DNA of 63,974 bases, the filler included, from an uncultured Myxococcia bacterium (GTDB lineage: Bacteria > CAZTWC01): assembly GCA_964617105.1 (NCBI GenBank). It is 18 parts of 18 records of this genome, joined end to end, with 100 filler letters (N's around TTAATTAATTAA, not from the genome) between each part and the next. Parts side by side here need not be neighbours in the genome. Positions count along the whole stretch, not along the records: positions 30,265 to 33,796 come from CAZTWC010000355.1; positions 33,897 to 37,385 come from CAZTWC010000356.1; positions 37,486 to 40,955 come from CAZTWC010000357.1; positions 41,056 to 44,515 come from CAZTWC010000358.1; 14 more parts are not named here. One strand, 5' to 3'. This document shows positions 30,511 through 41,528 of this stretch, piece by piece (position 1 is the first letter of the stretch; each line of letters starts with the position of its first letter). Both the position numbers and the translations under genes were made by a program. The notes under the pieces were generated by a model. That model did no database searches. It worked only from the letters and a program-made list of their open reading frames with translations, and had not been told where the DNA came from.

Positions 30511-32061
30511 TTATTCACCGAATTTAATCCCCTGGGCCAGGGGCAAGGTCCGGCCGTAATTTATGGTATTGGTCTGGCGCCGCATATAGGTTTTCCAGGC
30601 GTCAGAACCGGCTTCCCTTCCACCGCCAGTCTCTTTTTCTCCACCAAAAGCGCCGCCGATTTCAGCGCCACTGGTTCCCAAATTGACATTGGCGATACCA
30701 CAGTCACTTCCCGCAGGGCTTAAAAATTGCTCTGCACTCAGTAAGTTGGAGGTAAAAATTGCCGAGGAAAGCCCCTGGGGAACATTATTGTGAATCGCGA
30801 TAGCCTCGTCTAAATCATCGGCAACCATCAGATAAAGGATAGGGGCAAAAGTTTCTTCCTTTACAATTTCCATGTCGCTTTTCGCCCTGACAATTGTTGG
30901 CTCTACATAACATCCGCCAGGAAAGTTTTCTCCACTGAGTTTATTGCCGCCGTAAAGTATTTCGCCCCCCTGTTTTTTTATGATATCCAGGGCATTCATC
31001 ATATCATCAACCGCCCCCTGATCTACCATGGGCCCCATAAGGGTATTTTCATCCAGAGAATTACCGATTCTAACCTGTTTGTAAGCGGAGATCAGATTTT
31101 CGGTAAATTTGGCAGCAATATTTTTATGTAAAATCAACCTGCGGGTACTTGTGCACCTCTGGCCTGTGGTTCCAACGGCGCCAAAAAGCACACCCTTCAA
31201 AGTCAGGTCCATGTTGGCGTCATCCATTACAATTAGTCCGTTATTGCCGCCCAACTCCAATATGGTCCGGCCCAGCCTCTGTCCAACCGCCGCCCCGATT
31301 TTTTTGCCTACTCCGGTGCTGCCGGTGGCGCTAATCAGCGGGATTCTGGGATCCGATACCAGACGGTCGCCAATGGTTGAACCCCGGCCAATTATCAAGT
31401 TCATCACTCCAGCCAGGTTGTTTTTCTCCAGCACCCTATTGGCAATATTCTGTACTGCAATAGCGGTCAATGGGGTTTTGGAGGAGGGTTTCCAGATCAT
31501 GGTGTCACCGCAGATAGCCGCCACCATAGCGTTCCAGGCCCAAACCGCCACCGGAAAATTAAAGGCGGTGATGATGCCGATTATACCCAAAGGATGCCAT
31601 TGCTCCATCATACGGTGGGATTCCCGTTCGCTCATAAGGGTAAGCCCGTAAAGTTGCCTGGACATGCCCACCGCCAGGTCGGCCATGTCGATCATCTCCT
31701 GCACTTCCCCCAATCCCTCCTGAAATATTTTGCCCATCTCATATGAAACCAACCAGCCCAATTCCTCTTTGTATTCCCGCAACTCCATTCCGATTTCCCT
31801 GACAACTTCTCCTCGCTTGGGCGCCGCCATCTTCCGCCAACTCAGAAAGGCCTCTGCAGCCTTATCTATCATGAACTGATAATTTTCTTCATCCGCCATT
31901 TGCACGGAGGCTATTTTTTCTCCCTTTACCGGAGAGTATGATACAAGTTCTCCACCCTGGGGATTTTCTACCCAATGACCGCAATATACCCCAGAATTGT
32001 TTTCCTTTATTCCCAGTTTATTTAAAACCTGATCCTTATTAAGCATGTCATTTCCTTTCAA
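30511..32061 (-). CDS. Aldehyde dehydrogenase family 7 (antiquitin / piperideine-6-carboxylate dehydrogenase-like)
   Basis: Motifs ITAFNFPVAVWAWN, LELGGNN, GTTGQRCTS, EETFAPIL and GAEIGGAFGGEKETGGGREAGSDAWK. Confidence 0.93.
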   Translation of the reverse strand: MKGNDMLNKDQVLNKLGIKENNSGVYCGHWVENPQGGELVSYSPVKGEKIASVQMADEENYQFMIDKAAEAFLSWRKMAAPKRGEVVREIGMELREYKEELGWLVSYEMGKIFQEGLGEVQEMIDMADLAVGMSRQLYGLTLMSERESHRMMEQWHPLGIIGIITAFNFPVAVWAWNAMVAAICGDTMIWKPSSKTPLTAIAVQNIANRVLEKNNLAGVMNLIIGRGSTIGDRLVSDPRIPLISATGSTGVGKKIGAAVGQRLGRTILELGGNNGLIVMDDANMDLTLKGVLFGAVGTTGQRCTSTRRLILHKNIAAKFTENLISAYKQVRIGNSLDENTLMGPMVDQGAVDDMMNALDIIKKQGGEILYGGNKLSGENFPGGCYVEPTIVRAKSDMEIVKEETFAPILYLMVADDLDEAIAIHNNVPQGLSSAIFTSNLLSAEQFLSPAGSDCGIANVNLGTSGAEIGGAFGGEKETGGGREAGSDAWKTYMRRQTNTINYGRTLPLAQGIKFGE

Positions 32062-32107
32062 GAAAATGTAGGCTAGTTAATAATTTTCAAAACAATGATC
32101 TAAAAAA

Positions 32108-33532
32108 CTACCAAATATTGGTTTTAAGATATTGATCTATAGCGTTGGCTGCTTTGCGCCCCGCCCCCATGGCCAAAATAACCGTGGCAGCGCCGGTCAC
32201 GATATCGCCGCCGGCAAAAACTCCGCACTTGCTGGTTTTACCGGTCTCTTCGTCTGCAACGATATTACCCCATTTGTTGGTTTCCAGACCTGGCGTAGTC
32301 ATGGGAATAAGAGGATTGGAAGCGTTGCCGATAGCCACCACCACAATATCAATGTCGGTGATAAACTCGGAACCTTTTATGGGTACAGGCCGCCGCCGGC
32401 CAGAGTCATCAGGTTCGCCCAATTCCATGCACAGACATTCCATGGCGTTGACTTTGCCTCGCTCATCACCGAGATAGCGGATAGGATTGGTCAGGAAGTG
32501 GAATTGCACACCCTCCTCTTCGGCTCTCTCAATCTCTTCTATCCGGGCGGGCATTTCGATTCGGGAACGGCGGTATATAATATAGGAATTTTCCGCTCCC
32601 AACCGCAAGGCAGTTCTGGCGGAATCCATAGCCACGTTGCCGCCGCCGATGGTGGCTACATTTTTATATCTGGCAATAGGAGTGTCAGTGTTGGGAAACT
32701 GGTAGGCTTTCATTAAGTTGGCTCGGGTAAGGTATTCATTAGCAGAATAGACCCCGCTAAAATTTTCTCCCGGAACATTCATAAACATTGGCAGACCAGC
32801 GCCAGTACCAATGAATATGGCATCGAAGCCGTCTTTAAACAGTTCGTCCAGTCCCCTGGTCATTCCCACCACATAGTTAGTTTTCAACTCTACGCCCATA
32901 TCTTTTAACAGATTGATCTCACTTTCAACGATGGCTTTGGGAAGCCTGAATTCCGGAATGCCATACACCAGCACCCCGCCCATTTTATGTAGAGCCTCAA
33001 AAATAGTTACCTGGTGGCCTATTTTGGCCAGGTCAGCGGCTACTGTCAATCCCGCCGGTCCGGAACCCACCACTGCCACTTTTTTGCCGGTGGGCGGGGC
33101 AATTTCCGGTATCTCGACTTCTCCCAGGTCCCGTTCCCAGTCAGCTATAAAACGTTCCAGCCGTCCAATGGCTACCGGCTTTTGTTTAATCCCAATCACG
33201 CACACCTTTTCGCATTGATCCTCTTGAGGACATACCCGACCGCAGATAGCGGGCAGAATATTTTTTTTCTTCATGGTTCTAGCGCTGTCTTTGAGGTTGC
33301 CTTCTTTGATATGCTTGAGGAAAAGGGGGATATCTATCTCCACCGGACAGCCCTTGATACAGTGAGGTTTTTTACATTGGATGCAACGAGAGGCTTCGAT
33401 TTGGGCTGCTTTGGCGCTATAACCAAGAGGGACCTCGTTAAAGTTATTGATCCGCTCTTTGGGGTCCTGTTGAGGCATGGGTTGCCTGGGAATTTTGGGC
33501 TTTTTTTTCTTAAATTTCTTTTTGGCTGCCAT
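32108..33532 (-). CDS. gltA: NfnB/SudA large subunit of the electron-bifurcating transhydrogenase (often annotated NADPH-dependent glutamate synthase, homotetrameric)
   Basis: Motifs RCIQCKKPHCIKGCPV, CGRVCPQE..CE, GSGPAGL, GGGNVAMD and GDIVTGAATVILAM; directly downstream of an NfnA/SudB gene. Confidence 0.9.
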   Translation of the reverse strand: MAAKKKFKKKKPKIPRQPMPQQDPKERINNFNEVPLGYSAKAAQIEASRCIQCKKPHCIKGCPVEIDIPLFLKHIKEGNLKDSARTMKKKNILPAICGRVCPQEDQCEKVCVIGIKQKPVAIGRLERFIADWERDLGEVEIPEIAPPTGKKVAVVGSGPAGLTVAADLAKIGHQVTIFEALHKMGGVLVYGIPEFRLPKAIVESEINLLKDMGVELKTNYVVGMTRGLDELFKDGFDAIFIGTGAGLPMFMNVPGENFSGVYSANEYLTRANLMKAYQFPNTDTPIARYKNVATIGGGNVAMDSARTALRLGAENSYIIYRRSRIEMPARIEEIERAEEEGVQFHFLTNPIRYLGDERGKVNAMECLCMELGEPDDSGRRRPVPIKGSEFITDIDIVVVAIGNASNPLIPMTTPGLETNKWGNIVADEETGKTSKCGVFAGGDIVTGAATVILAMGAGRKAANAIDQYLKTNIW

Positions 33533-33796
33533 TATAATTTATCCTCCAACTTGCATTTGTGATTTTTATATTCCTGATAAGATTTTTTTTCTGATTCCTG
33601 GTAAAACTCCATCCGCCGCATCATCTCATCAAAATCCACCTGGCTTCCGTCAAACTCCGGGCCATCAACGCAGACAAACTTTGATTTTCCTCCCACCGTC
33701 ACGCGGCATCCGCCGCACATGCCAGTTCCATCCACCATAATGGTATTAAGACTTACCAACACCTTCAACCCCTTTTCCTGGGCCAGTTTACAGACA
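33532..33796 (-). CDS. NfnA/SudB small subunit (FAD/NAD-binding, 2Fe-2S), 5' truncated
   Basis: VSLNTIMVDGTGMCGGCRV...FVCVDGPEFD: Asp/Cys-ligated 2Fe-2S motif. Confidence 0.9.
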
Positions 33797-33896
33797 NNNN
33801 NNNNNNNNNNNNNNNNNNNNNNNNNNNNNNNNNNNNNNNNTTAATTAATTAANNNNNNNNNNNNNNNNNNNNNNNNNNNNNNNNNNNNNNNNNNNN

Positions 33897-35678
33897 ACAG
33901 TAAGTCCGAGCATTATACCAACTCACACAGTTTATGGGATGATTATCACGGCCTGAGTGGCCCCAATTGCAGTATTTACTATCACTCTTATCTCCAGGCT
34001 TTTTACAGCCACCACCATCTACACAACGCCTATATTGGCCCAAAGTCACCTCATGGCGATCTATATAATAACCATCTAAATAAACCTGCCGACCCGGCTT
34101 CTCGTCACTACTACATTTTGAATCAACACTGCTGTTGCAGCCCATGAAAAACTGGCCCGCAGGGATCTGAACCATTCCACGGTATTTACGGGCATGCGCC
34201 GCTGCTGCACGCTTAGCTGCCTCCTGACGCTTCCGCCGCGCTTCCTCCGCCCGTTGACGGGCCAACTCTGCCTGACGTTTCTTCTCTGCGGCTAATTTGC
34301 GTTGTTTCTCCTGCCGCTTGCGCTCTGCCTCTGCCCGCTGACGGGCTAACTCCGCCTGACGCTCACGCTCTGCTTTGGCTTTCCGCTCACGCTTCTCTAC
34401 CAACTTATGCAAAAGCTGCTGCACAGAGCCTGAATACTCGCCCCGGGGATAAACCCTTAGAAATTTAGACAACGACTCTTCGGTGCTTTTTTCCAATGCT
34501 GTTTCAAAAGCGGCAAGTTCCGCCGCCGCTTCGGCCCGCTTTTCTATAAATATTTTGCCCAAAACGCCAATCAATACAACCAGCAACACCACCAAACCAC
34601 CAACCAACACCTTTTTACCAATACTAAAGCCTAATGAGGCTCTTTTTGGAACATGGTTCTGAGCAGCATAGTGCTCCTCCACCGCTGACACTGTTTGGCC
34701 GCTGTAACCTGGCACACGTAAACTGTCACCGCTGAATGTTGCCAAAATATCTTCGAACCGGGGGCGGGAAGTTGAATCCTTGGCTAGCATCTGGACCAGC
34801 AATCCAAAATATTTAGATGGCACTCGGCCCTTCAAATATGGCTCTGCATCCTCGCTCTCGTGCATCTTCATCACCACCATGGGGTTGTCGTTGTTAAACA
34901 ACTTCTCTCCTGTGAGCAGTTCAAATAACATCACTCCCAATGCATAAATATCTGTGGCAAAGGTGATATTACCGCTGCTCTGGCACTGTTCTGGCGCCAT
35001 ATAGGCAGCCGTGCCGTAACCGCCCATGGTTACGCTGCGAGAGTCTATCTGCTTGGCCACGCCAAAATCGCACACTATGGCCTCCTCGGGATTGCCATCA
35101 TACAATAGAACGTTGCCCGGCTTCAGGTCGCGGTGAACCACGCCCACAGCATCGGCTGCCATCAGGCCCCGGATTATCTGCACCCCTATCTTCTCGGCCA
35201 TCTGCGGCTCCACCCGGCCCTCATGCTGGATATAGTCTGATAAATCCATGTTGCCGGGGATATACTCCATCTCGATAAAGGGCAACTCCACCATGGCGGT
35301 CTTGATTGTGCCGGTGGCAAAGACATTCACTACCGGTGCTGTGGGCGTCTTTTGCTTGATGCGCTGCAGAATCTCTCCCTCACGGCGAAACTTCTTCAGG
35401 GTCTCACTATCTCCTAGATACTCGGACCGGAGCACCTTTAGCACACACTCACGGCTCTCGTTGCTGTTAAAGGCTTTGTAGATCTTGGCCATGCCCCCTT
35501 TGTCAGAGAGTAGGCTCAGGTTGCGGTAGGGACCCAGGGTGGTGACGCTCCCAGATGAGATGGGACCAGAGGGGTGATGACTCTGGCGGGGACGGCGAAA
35601 TAGTACCGCCATTAAAATACCTATTAGAGCAAGAGAAATAATCGAGCCAAAAACTGTGATTAACATTGTTGGATTCAT
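33897..35678 (-). CDS. Ser/Thr kinase - TM - charged coiled coil - FGE-sulfatase (SUMF1/EgtB, C-type lectin fold) fusion, 3' truncated
   Basis: Kinase motifs GGMAKIY, HRDLKPGN, DFGVAK and YMAPEQ; FGE start MVQIPAGQFFMGC...DEKPGRQVYLDGYYIDRHEVT...HPINCVSW. Start at 35678 after AGGAG. Confidence 0.88.
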
Positions 35679-35722
35679 TAAAATAAACTCCTGTTTAATT
35701 CTCATATCCAAAATTATAAATA

Positions 35723-37385
35723 TTACCACCAATAACCATTTCTTAATGTTCCTACCCAGGTATTGCCCAAATAAATTGCTGTCACAAATTCATGGACAGT
35801 GCGACCATTATATTTCTGTTTGCTATACATAAAAAAAGGAGTGCTGTTGGCCTTTTTATCGGTTAAAATATTTGCCGGCAAATTTAACCGGCTGGAGAAT
35901 AGAGTTTCGATGGGTTTATTGTCTCCTTTTTTCCCAGAAATTATTTTATATGCACTCATCTCCAGGGGTAATTTTTTTTCCATTTTTTTGGTTTGGGTCA
36001 GCCAGTCTGTGGAGTGCTGTAAAAGAAGTTGATAAGCAATACCTTTTAGTTTAGTCATGGCAGTAGCGCAGCGATAAGATATTTTTGATTTTAACTGGCG
36101 ATATAATCGGTTATTGCTTGGACTATCCACAAAAGATGAGTAAATATTCCGTTCTGCCAATTCAAGTTTGTCGTTGTAACTAAAAATCACTAAACCTTTT
36201 CTACCTGACGAATTAGCAGGAGCCAAGATAACACTGTCGCTTCTATTTCCATTAAAGTGACTTAACAGAATTGGTCTTTTTAAGTTGGCAAGGGGGACAT
36301 TTGTTAAAAATGAGTATACCTGTGTTAATTTTTTTGAGTTATATTTGTCTTTGCTGGAGTAGATAATTTTGCCGGCTTTATTGCAATAACCGATAAAGTT
36401 CACATCAGCAAAGTGGTCAAACTCCTGTGTTAATTTTTTAAACAGGCTTTTATCGCTTATCTTTGGCATAGCCAGTGCCAGACTAATAGCCGCTTCGGCA
36501 AACCAGCGGCCTTTGATGATTTGTTTAATATAGCCCCACAATGGATCACCTTTTTCTACTTTGCTGCCTGACCGGCGGCTCATCTTTTCTGCCTGCTTAA
36601 ATTTTAAGCCAGCCCCATAAGCATAGGCCATATCCATAATAAACTTTGAACTCTGCTGCCCCAATTTGCCATTTTTATATATCCACTCAGCCGATCTTTG
36701 GGCAGCCTGGAAATTATACATTGCCAACTGGCAGCGAAGCATTTTCTCATATATTTTTTGGGAGGCTATATATTTAATGCTGTGGTGGTAGTGGGAAACA
36801 GCCTGACGGCAAGAGCCTTTTTTATTAAAATAGTCACCAAGGCTGGCAAACCCATTCATAAAGATTTTATTCCATTGAGGATTGTTGTTAAAAATCTTCT
36901 CCATTCGGGACAAATTATCCAAACCAGACACTGCTTTTCCTGCTTTTATCATTTTCAAGGTTCGTTGGGCATAGTCATGAAATATCTTCTCCAACTTCTC
37001 CTCTGGATATCTGGCGACCAGATTGGCAATTATCCCATTTAATTTAGCGGAGTCTCCATTTTTAATAACACCGACCGCTCCTTTAAACTCTCTCTGTTGA
37101 ACCTCTAAAATCATATTGGAATCAACAGTGACTTTAAGGTTAAAATCAAATTTAAATTTCCCTTTTTTTAATGAGAACTCATATGTTCTCTCTCTTTTTT
37201 GGGAGGTAAAATTATCGTCAAACCACTCAATACGGACTCTTTTTCGTTTATGGGGAGGGCCTTTTAACTCAATCTCTTTTACTGAAATCACTCCTGATTT
37301 CTCCAAAGGTATCTGACTAAAATATTGATTTAATGGAACTGGAGCAGTGTAATTCCAGGCAAAATCTAACTCTCCTCTTTTTTCA
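35723..37385 (-). CDS. Hypothetical protein with TPR-like helical repeats, 5' truncated
   Basis: Long ORF open to the contig edge; TPR-like segment LGDYFNKKGSCRQAVSHYHHSIK. Confidence 0.7.
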
Positions 37386-37485
37386 NNNNNNNNNNNNNNN
37401 NNNNNNNNNNNNNNNNNNNNNNNNNNNNNTTAATTAATTAANNNNNNNNNNNNNNNNNNNNNNNNNNNNNNNNNNNNNNNNNNNN

Positions 37486-37841
37486 CACAGCCTAACCTGA
37501 GGCATTACCACAGGACCTTGCACCCTATCTTTGAAGCTTAGCCTGTCAGTATAGTTATTTGTCAGTAGTTTGCCGTCCATACCTTCTGCAGGAGTAAAGC
37601 TGGACATCCCTCCTGTTGTAGGCGAGCCATGAGAAGTATCCTTTTTCCCACCTTCCTCTGGCGCAGCTTTTTTCCCGTCAGCCAAATCGCTTTCTTCTGT
37701 TCCCATAGGAGGCACCCTCATTTCACGCTTAAGTTCTCTTATTTGGCTCTTAAATGACAGATATTCAGGGATCATTACTGTCACTATGTCCATAATGAGA
37801 ACCCATATGGAAGAAATGACAGTGAAAGAGCTAAGAAGCAT
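37486..37841 (-). CDS. Hypothetical membrane protein fragment, 3' truncated
   Basis: ORF with hydrophobic N-part and low-complexity tail; the frame is open upstream to ~38010; no family recognised. Confidence 0.35.
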
Positions 37842-37999
37842 ACTTTGAAAGTAAAAAGCAGCGGCGATATTAACTCCTGCTAACAGAATTGCAGATACTA
37901 TCCTTAGCAGGCTAAAAATATCACCCCACGGAAAGTCATAGGGAAAATAATCTTTTCTCTCCGGTAGAGCGGACTGCTGAGTTTTGGCAGTATCAGATT

Positions 38000-39307
38000 T
38001 TAGTGTACGCTGCTTTCTGGTAAAGTTATCTCTTTAGCGGCTTTAAAGTAGTACTGATAATTACCATCCCCCCTTTGTTTTAACTGCTGTGCTATTTTAT
38101 TATATCTCTGTGCTACCTTCTCCAGTTTGTTTAACCCATTTAAAATATTAATATCATCCTTATTAATTTCGTAACCTTTAAACCAAAAATTAAAAGCATC
38201 TTTGTACCTCTCCTTTTGATAAAAAGCCTGCCCTTTCTTGTAATAGGAATTGACTAAAATCCGGTAAATCTCCTGGCGATAAAAACTGGTTACCTTTTCT
38301 GACATAAGAGCCCTATCTATTTGGAGCATTTCTTTCCACTGCCTGGCTGCCTCCTCTAATTTGTTTTGCAGGATCAAACTATGTCCCAGGGTATATTTCC
38401 CTTTGACACTGTTCATCTTTTCAAAAAAACTATCCAGTTTAGTTATCCGGTGTAGGGAACGAGCCTTCTCTCGTCCCTTTTGTAATAGACGGATAGCAGA
38501 CTCTACATCTCCCTGGGCGTAATTCGACATTACCTTAAATATCTCTTGTTCTGGGTATTTGTGTTTCAACAAAATGGCGCTTTTATCTGTCACTTCAATC
38601 TGTTCATGCACAGAAACAGCTGGAAATTCAGGTTCTGGACAACGCCGGTTTCTCTTTGACAACCGGCGCTTGAGCCAGTTCATTTTTTTCTTTAAAGAAA
38701 TATCATCCGGGTTCAAGTGAAAAAAGTTGCAAAATGCTTTAAAAGAGAGCAAATATTTCCGTTTTCTAAGATAATTAGTCCCCTGTTCCCTATATTTTCG
38801 GTCCAGGATTCTTTTTATTGATAAAAGTTTTGCCCTTACCCGCGGTGAATAAGAACTTTCAGGTCCAATTTGAACCAATTTGCTCATAGCCTCCAGATAT
38901 TTTTTTTCTTTAAAATATTGATCTCCTTCTGTATAAATTTCAGACCATTTTTCCTCTCTGTTTACCCTGTTCAAATTCTCCAGTTGTTGGAAATTCAAAG
39001 GATCCAGGTTAAGAATACGTTTTATGTTCTCTCTAGATTTATCCCAGTCACTATTTGACATATTCACTTCTATGCTGGCCGAGAGAGATTTTAGATCTTG
39101 CTCAATTTTGAGGACATCTTGCCGGCCATCCAAATGGTTGGGCAGGTCTGCAGATGAAGGTTTAATTGCCGAAACCACTAAGTGAACAACAAAAGTCATC
39201 GCCAAAATAAGCCCAATATACCACAAGAATCTATTGGAACCCTGCAAGTAGTACTTCAATTTATTTATAATCATATCAATTAACTTCGAAACGTGAGATG
39301 CATCCAA
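38000..39307 (-). CDS. Membrane-anchored TPR protein (Tad/Cpa pilus-associated, inferred)
   Basis: N-terminal TM helix and several TPR-like repeats (YYKKGQAFYQKERYKDAFNFW); downstream of cpaF. Confidence 0.72.
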   Translation of the reverse strand: MDASHVSKLIDMIINKLKYYLQGSNRFLWYIGLILAMTFVVHLVVSAIKPSSADLPNHLDGRQDVLKIEQDLKSLSASIEVNMSNSDWDKSRENIKRILNLDPLNFQQLENLNRVNREEKWSEIYTEGDQYFKEKKYLEAMSKLVQIGPESSYSPRVRAKLLSIKRILDRKYREQGTNYLRKRKYLLSFKAFCNFFHLNPDDISLKKKMNWLKRRLSKRNRRCPEPEFPAVSVHEQIEVTDKSAILLKHKYPEQEIFKVMSNYAQGDVESAIRLLQKGREKARSLHRITKLDSFFEKMNSVKGKYTLGHSLILQNKLEEAARQWKEMLQIDRALMSEKVTSFYRQEIYRILVNSYYKKGQAFYQKERYKDAFNFWFKGYEINKDDINILNGLNKLEKVAQRYNKIAQQLKQRGDGNYQYYFKAAKEITLPESSVH

Positions 39308-39444
39308 AAATCAACTTAATCCAAAAAAATCGGAGGCGCTTCACCAGCTAGGCGCCGGCTCAAAAATTACCGCAGTCGTATGATAATACGTCGAGGACAA
39401 TTTTTGAGCCGGCAACAACGCTGGTGAAGATGCATCCAATTTTT

Positions 39445-40955
39445 CTAATGGAAGATAGACATGGAGACCTTAACCCCTTTACGCTGCATATCATCATAAA
39501 ACCTGGGAATAAAACCGGTCGGCGTAAAACTGCCTTGTACCCGGTTATCCTGGTCATATCCTTCCTGCTTGAAATAAAAAATATCTTGTAAGGTAATAAT
39601 ATCCGTTTCCATACCGGTTACTTCGCTAATATAAACCACCTTACGTGAACCACAGGGGAATCGGTTTTGTTGAACAATAATATCCACGGCGGAAGCAACC
39701 TGTTCCCTAACCGCTTTAATGGGCAAATCCATACCAGACATCAACACCATGGTTTCCAACCTGGATAATACGTCTCTGGGTGAATTGGCATGAACAGTGG
39801 TTAAAGAGCCATCGTGACCAGTATTCATGGCCTGCAGCATATCCAAGGCTTCACCACCTCGACATTCTCCAACCACAATCCTGTCTGGCCGCATACGTAA
39901 AGCATTCCGCACCAGGTCTCTGATAGTTATTTCGCCCTTACCCTCAATGTTGGGCGGACGCGCTTCCAGGGATACTACATGAGGTTGAACAATTTGAAGT
40001 TCCGCAGCATCTTCTATGGTAATAATCCTTTCGTTAACAGGAACAAAACTGGATAGAATATTCAAATGGGTGGTTTTACCTGAACCAGTGCCCCCAGCGA
40101 TAATGATATTTTTTCGCGCCTGGACGCATATCTCTAAAAATTCACCCATAGCCTCAGTCAACGTGCCCAGGTTGACCAGATCATCTATCAGAAGCATCTC
40201 TTTTTTAAATTTTCTGATAGTTAAGCACGGTCCATTGATAGCCAAAGGTGGTATAACCGCATTAACTCTAGAACCATCTTTCAACCTGGCATCTACCATA
40301 GGCGAACTCTCATCTATTCTGCGGCCAATAGGAGATACTATCCGCTCTATAACTCCCATAACTGCCTGATTTGAACTGAAATTACTGGTAGTTTGCTCAA
40401 TACGCCCATCCCGCTCCACAAAAATTTGCCGGGCATTATTAACCATAATTTCAGTAATTGCCGGCTCGGCTAAAAAATCTTCCAACGGACCCAGTCCCAA
40501 AGCCTCATTTAAAACATCATGCAGCAACCGGTTATAATCAGTGTTTTTATCAATTTCACCAGCGGTTACCATCTCTTGGATAATCTCTTTGATTGCCTCT
40601 TCGGTTTTTTGCCACAATTCTCGCTCCTCGAGTTTATTGATATCCATGCGCCTTAAATCAAGGAAATCGAGTAATCGTTCGTGAATAGTTTTCATAAGAG
40701 ATATATATTCTTCATCCCAAGAAGTTAATCCATTTGTCTTTGGCAGTGGGGTAACTTCTGATGGCTCTGAATTTTCGGATAAAGATTGTAAAGAACTGTC
40801 ACCTAATTGATTAGTGGTATGAAGATCAACCGACTGCGTATAAAAGGATGGCGGCTTTGGACCTTTACTCTCTTTCTTTATTTTCTCCCTGGCCGGGGGG
40901 GGAGGTGGCGGATTTTTTTCTCCGGCAAGTTCCAGTTGAATGATAAAATCACCAA
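39445..40955 (-). CDS. cpaF: CpaF/TadA pilus assembly ATPase with Pro-rich linker and probable N-terminal FHA domain, 5' truncated
   Basis: Motifs [51 protein letters not shown] and AMNTGHDG. The frame stays open 86 codons upstream of the track start ([20 protein letters not shown]...). Confidence 0.93.
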
Positions 40956-41055
40956 NNNNNNNNNNNNNNNNNNNNNNNNNNNNNNNNNNNNNNNNNNNNT
41001 TAATTAATTAANNNNNNNNNNNNNNNNNNNNNNNNNNNNNNNNNNNNNNNNNNNN

Positions 41056-41250
41056 GGTTAAAGCATGACCTAGATTCAAAGTAGTAGTAGTTTTACCCAC
41101 ACCTCCTTTGCCAGAGGTGATGGCATATACTTTGGGTGATGGATTGTCCTCCCGCCAAAAACTCTTCAGCCGTTCCTGGTTGGTCATTTGGGCAAGAGTT
41201 TTGTTTTGGTCCTGCTGGGACAGTTTACGTAAAGTTGATGCTTGATCCAT
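41056..41250 (-). CDS. flhG: MinD/FlhG (FleN) family ATPase, 3' truncated
   Basis: N-terminal MDQASTLR activator motif and deviant Walker A AITSGKGGVGKT. Confidence 0.8.
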
Positions 41251-41528
41251 AATCGGCAATTTAATTAAAGTAGCGAAAAAATAATATCGTCTAATAAAAA
41301 TAGGACGATTGAACTTCGAAATTATATGACAAAAGGCTTATTTGATCAATTATTATTTGACGGGCTCCTAAAAAGTCCCTCAACAAGTCGAGCCTGGTTA
41401 CGCCGCAGGTGATTCCTAAAGGGAAAGGGTGTCCCTCATTATCTTGCTTGACTCCCATACAACTGTTTAGTACAATTAAAATTATTGTTGTCACTTTTTC
41501 GTCAAAAAAATAGCGGTTACCGTCAAAA

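Noticed and set aside
32108-33532. Glutamate synthase small subunit GltD
   Set aside because: The partner upstream is an NfnA/SudB-type gene rather than gltB, which favours NfnAB transhydrogenase.
31109-33562. Long plus-strand ORFs (31109-31651, 32132-32716, 33014-33562) as overlapping genes
   Set aside because: Antisense shadows of well-conserved ALDH and NfnB genes, with no motifs or RBS. The same applies to most short track ORFs opposite called genes.
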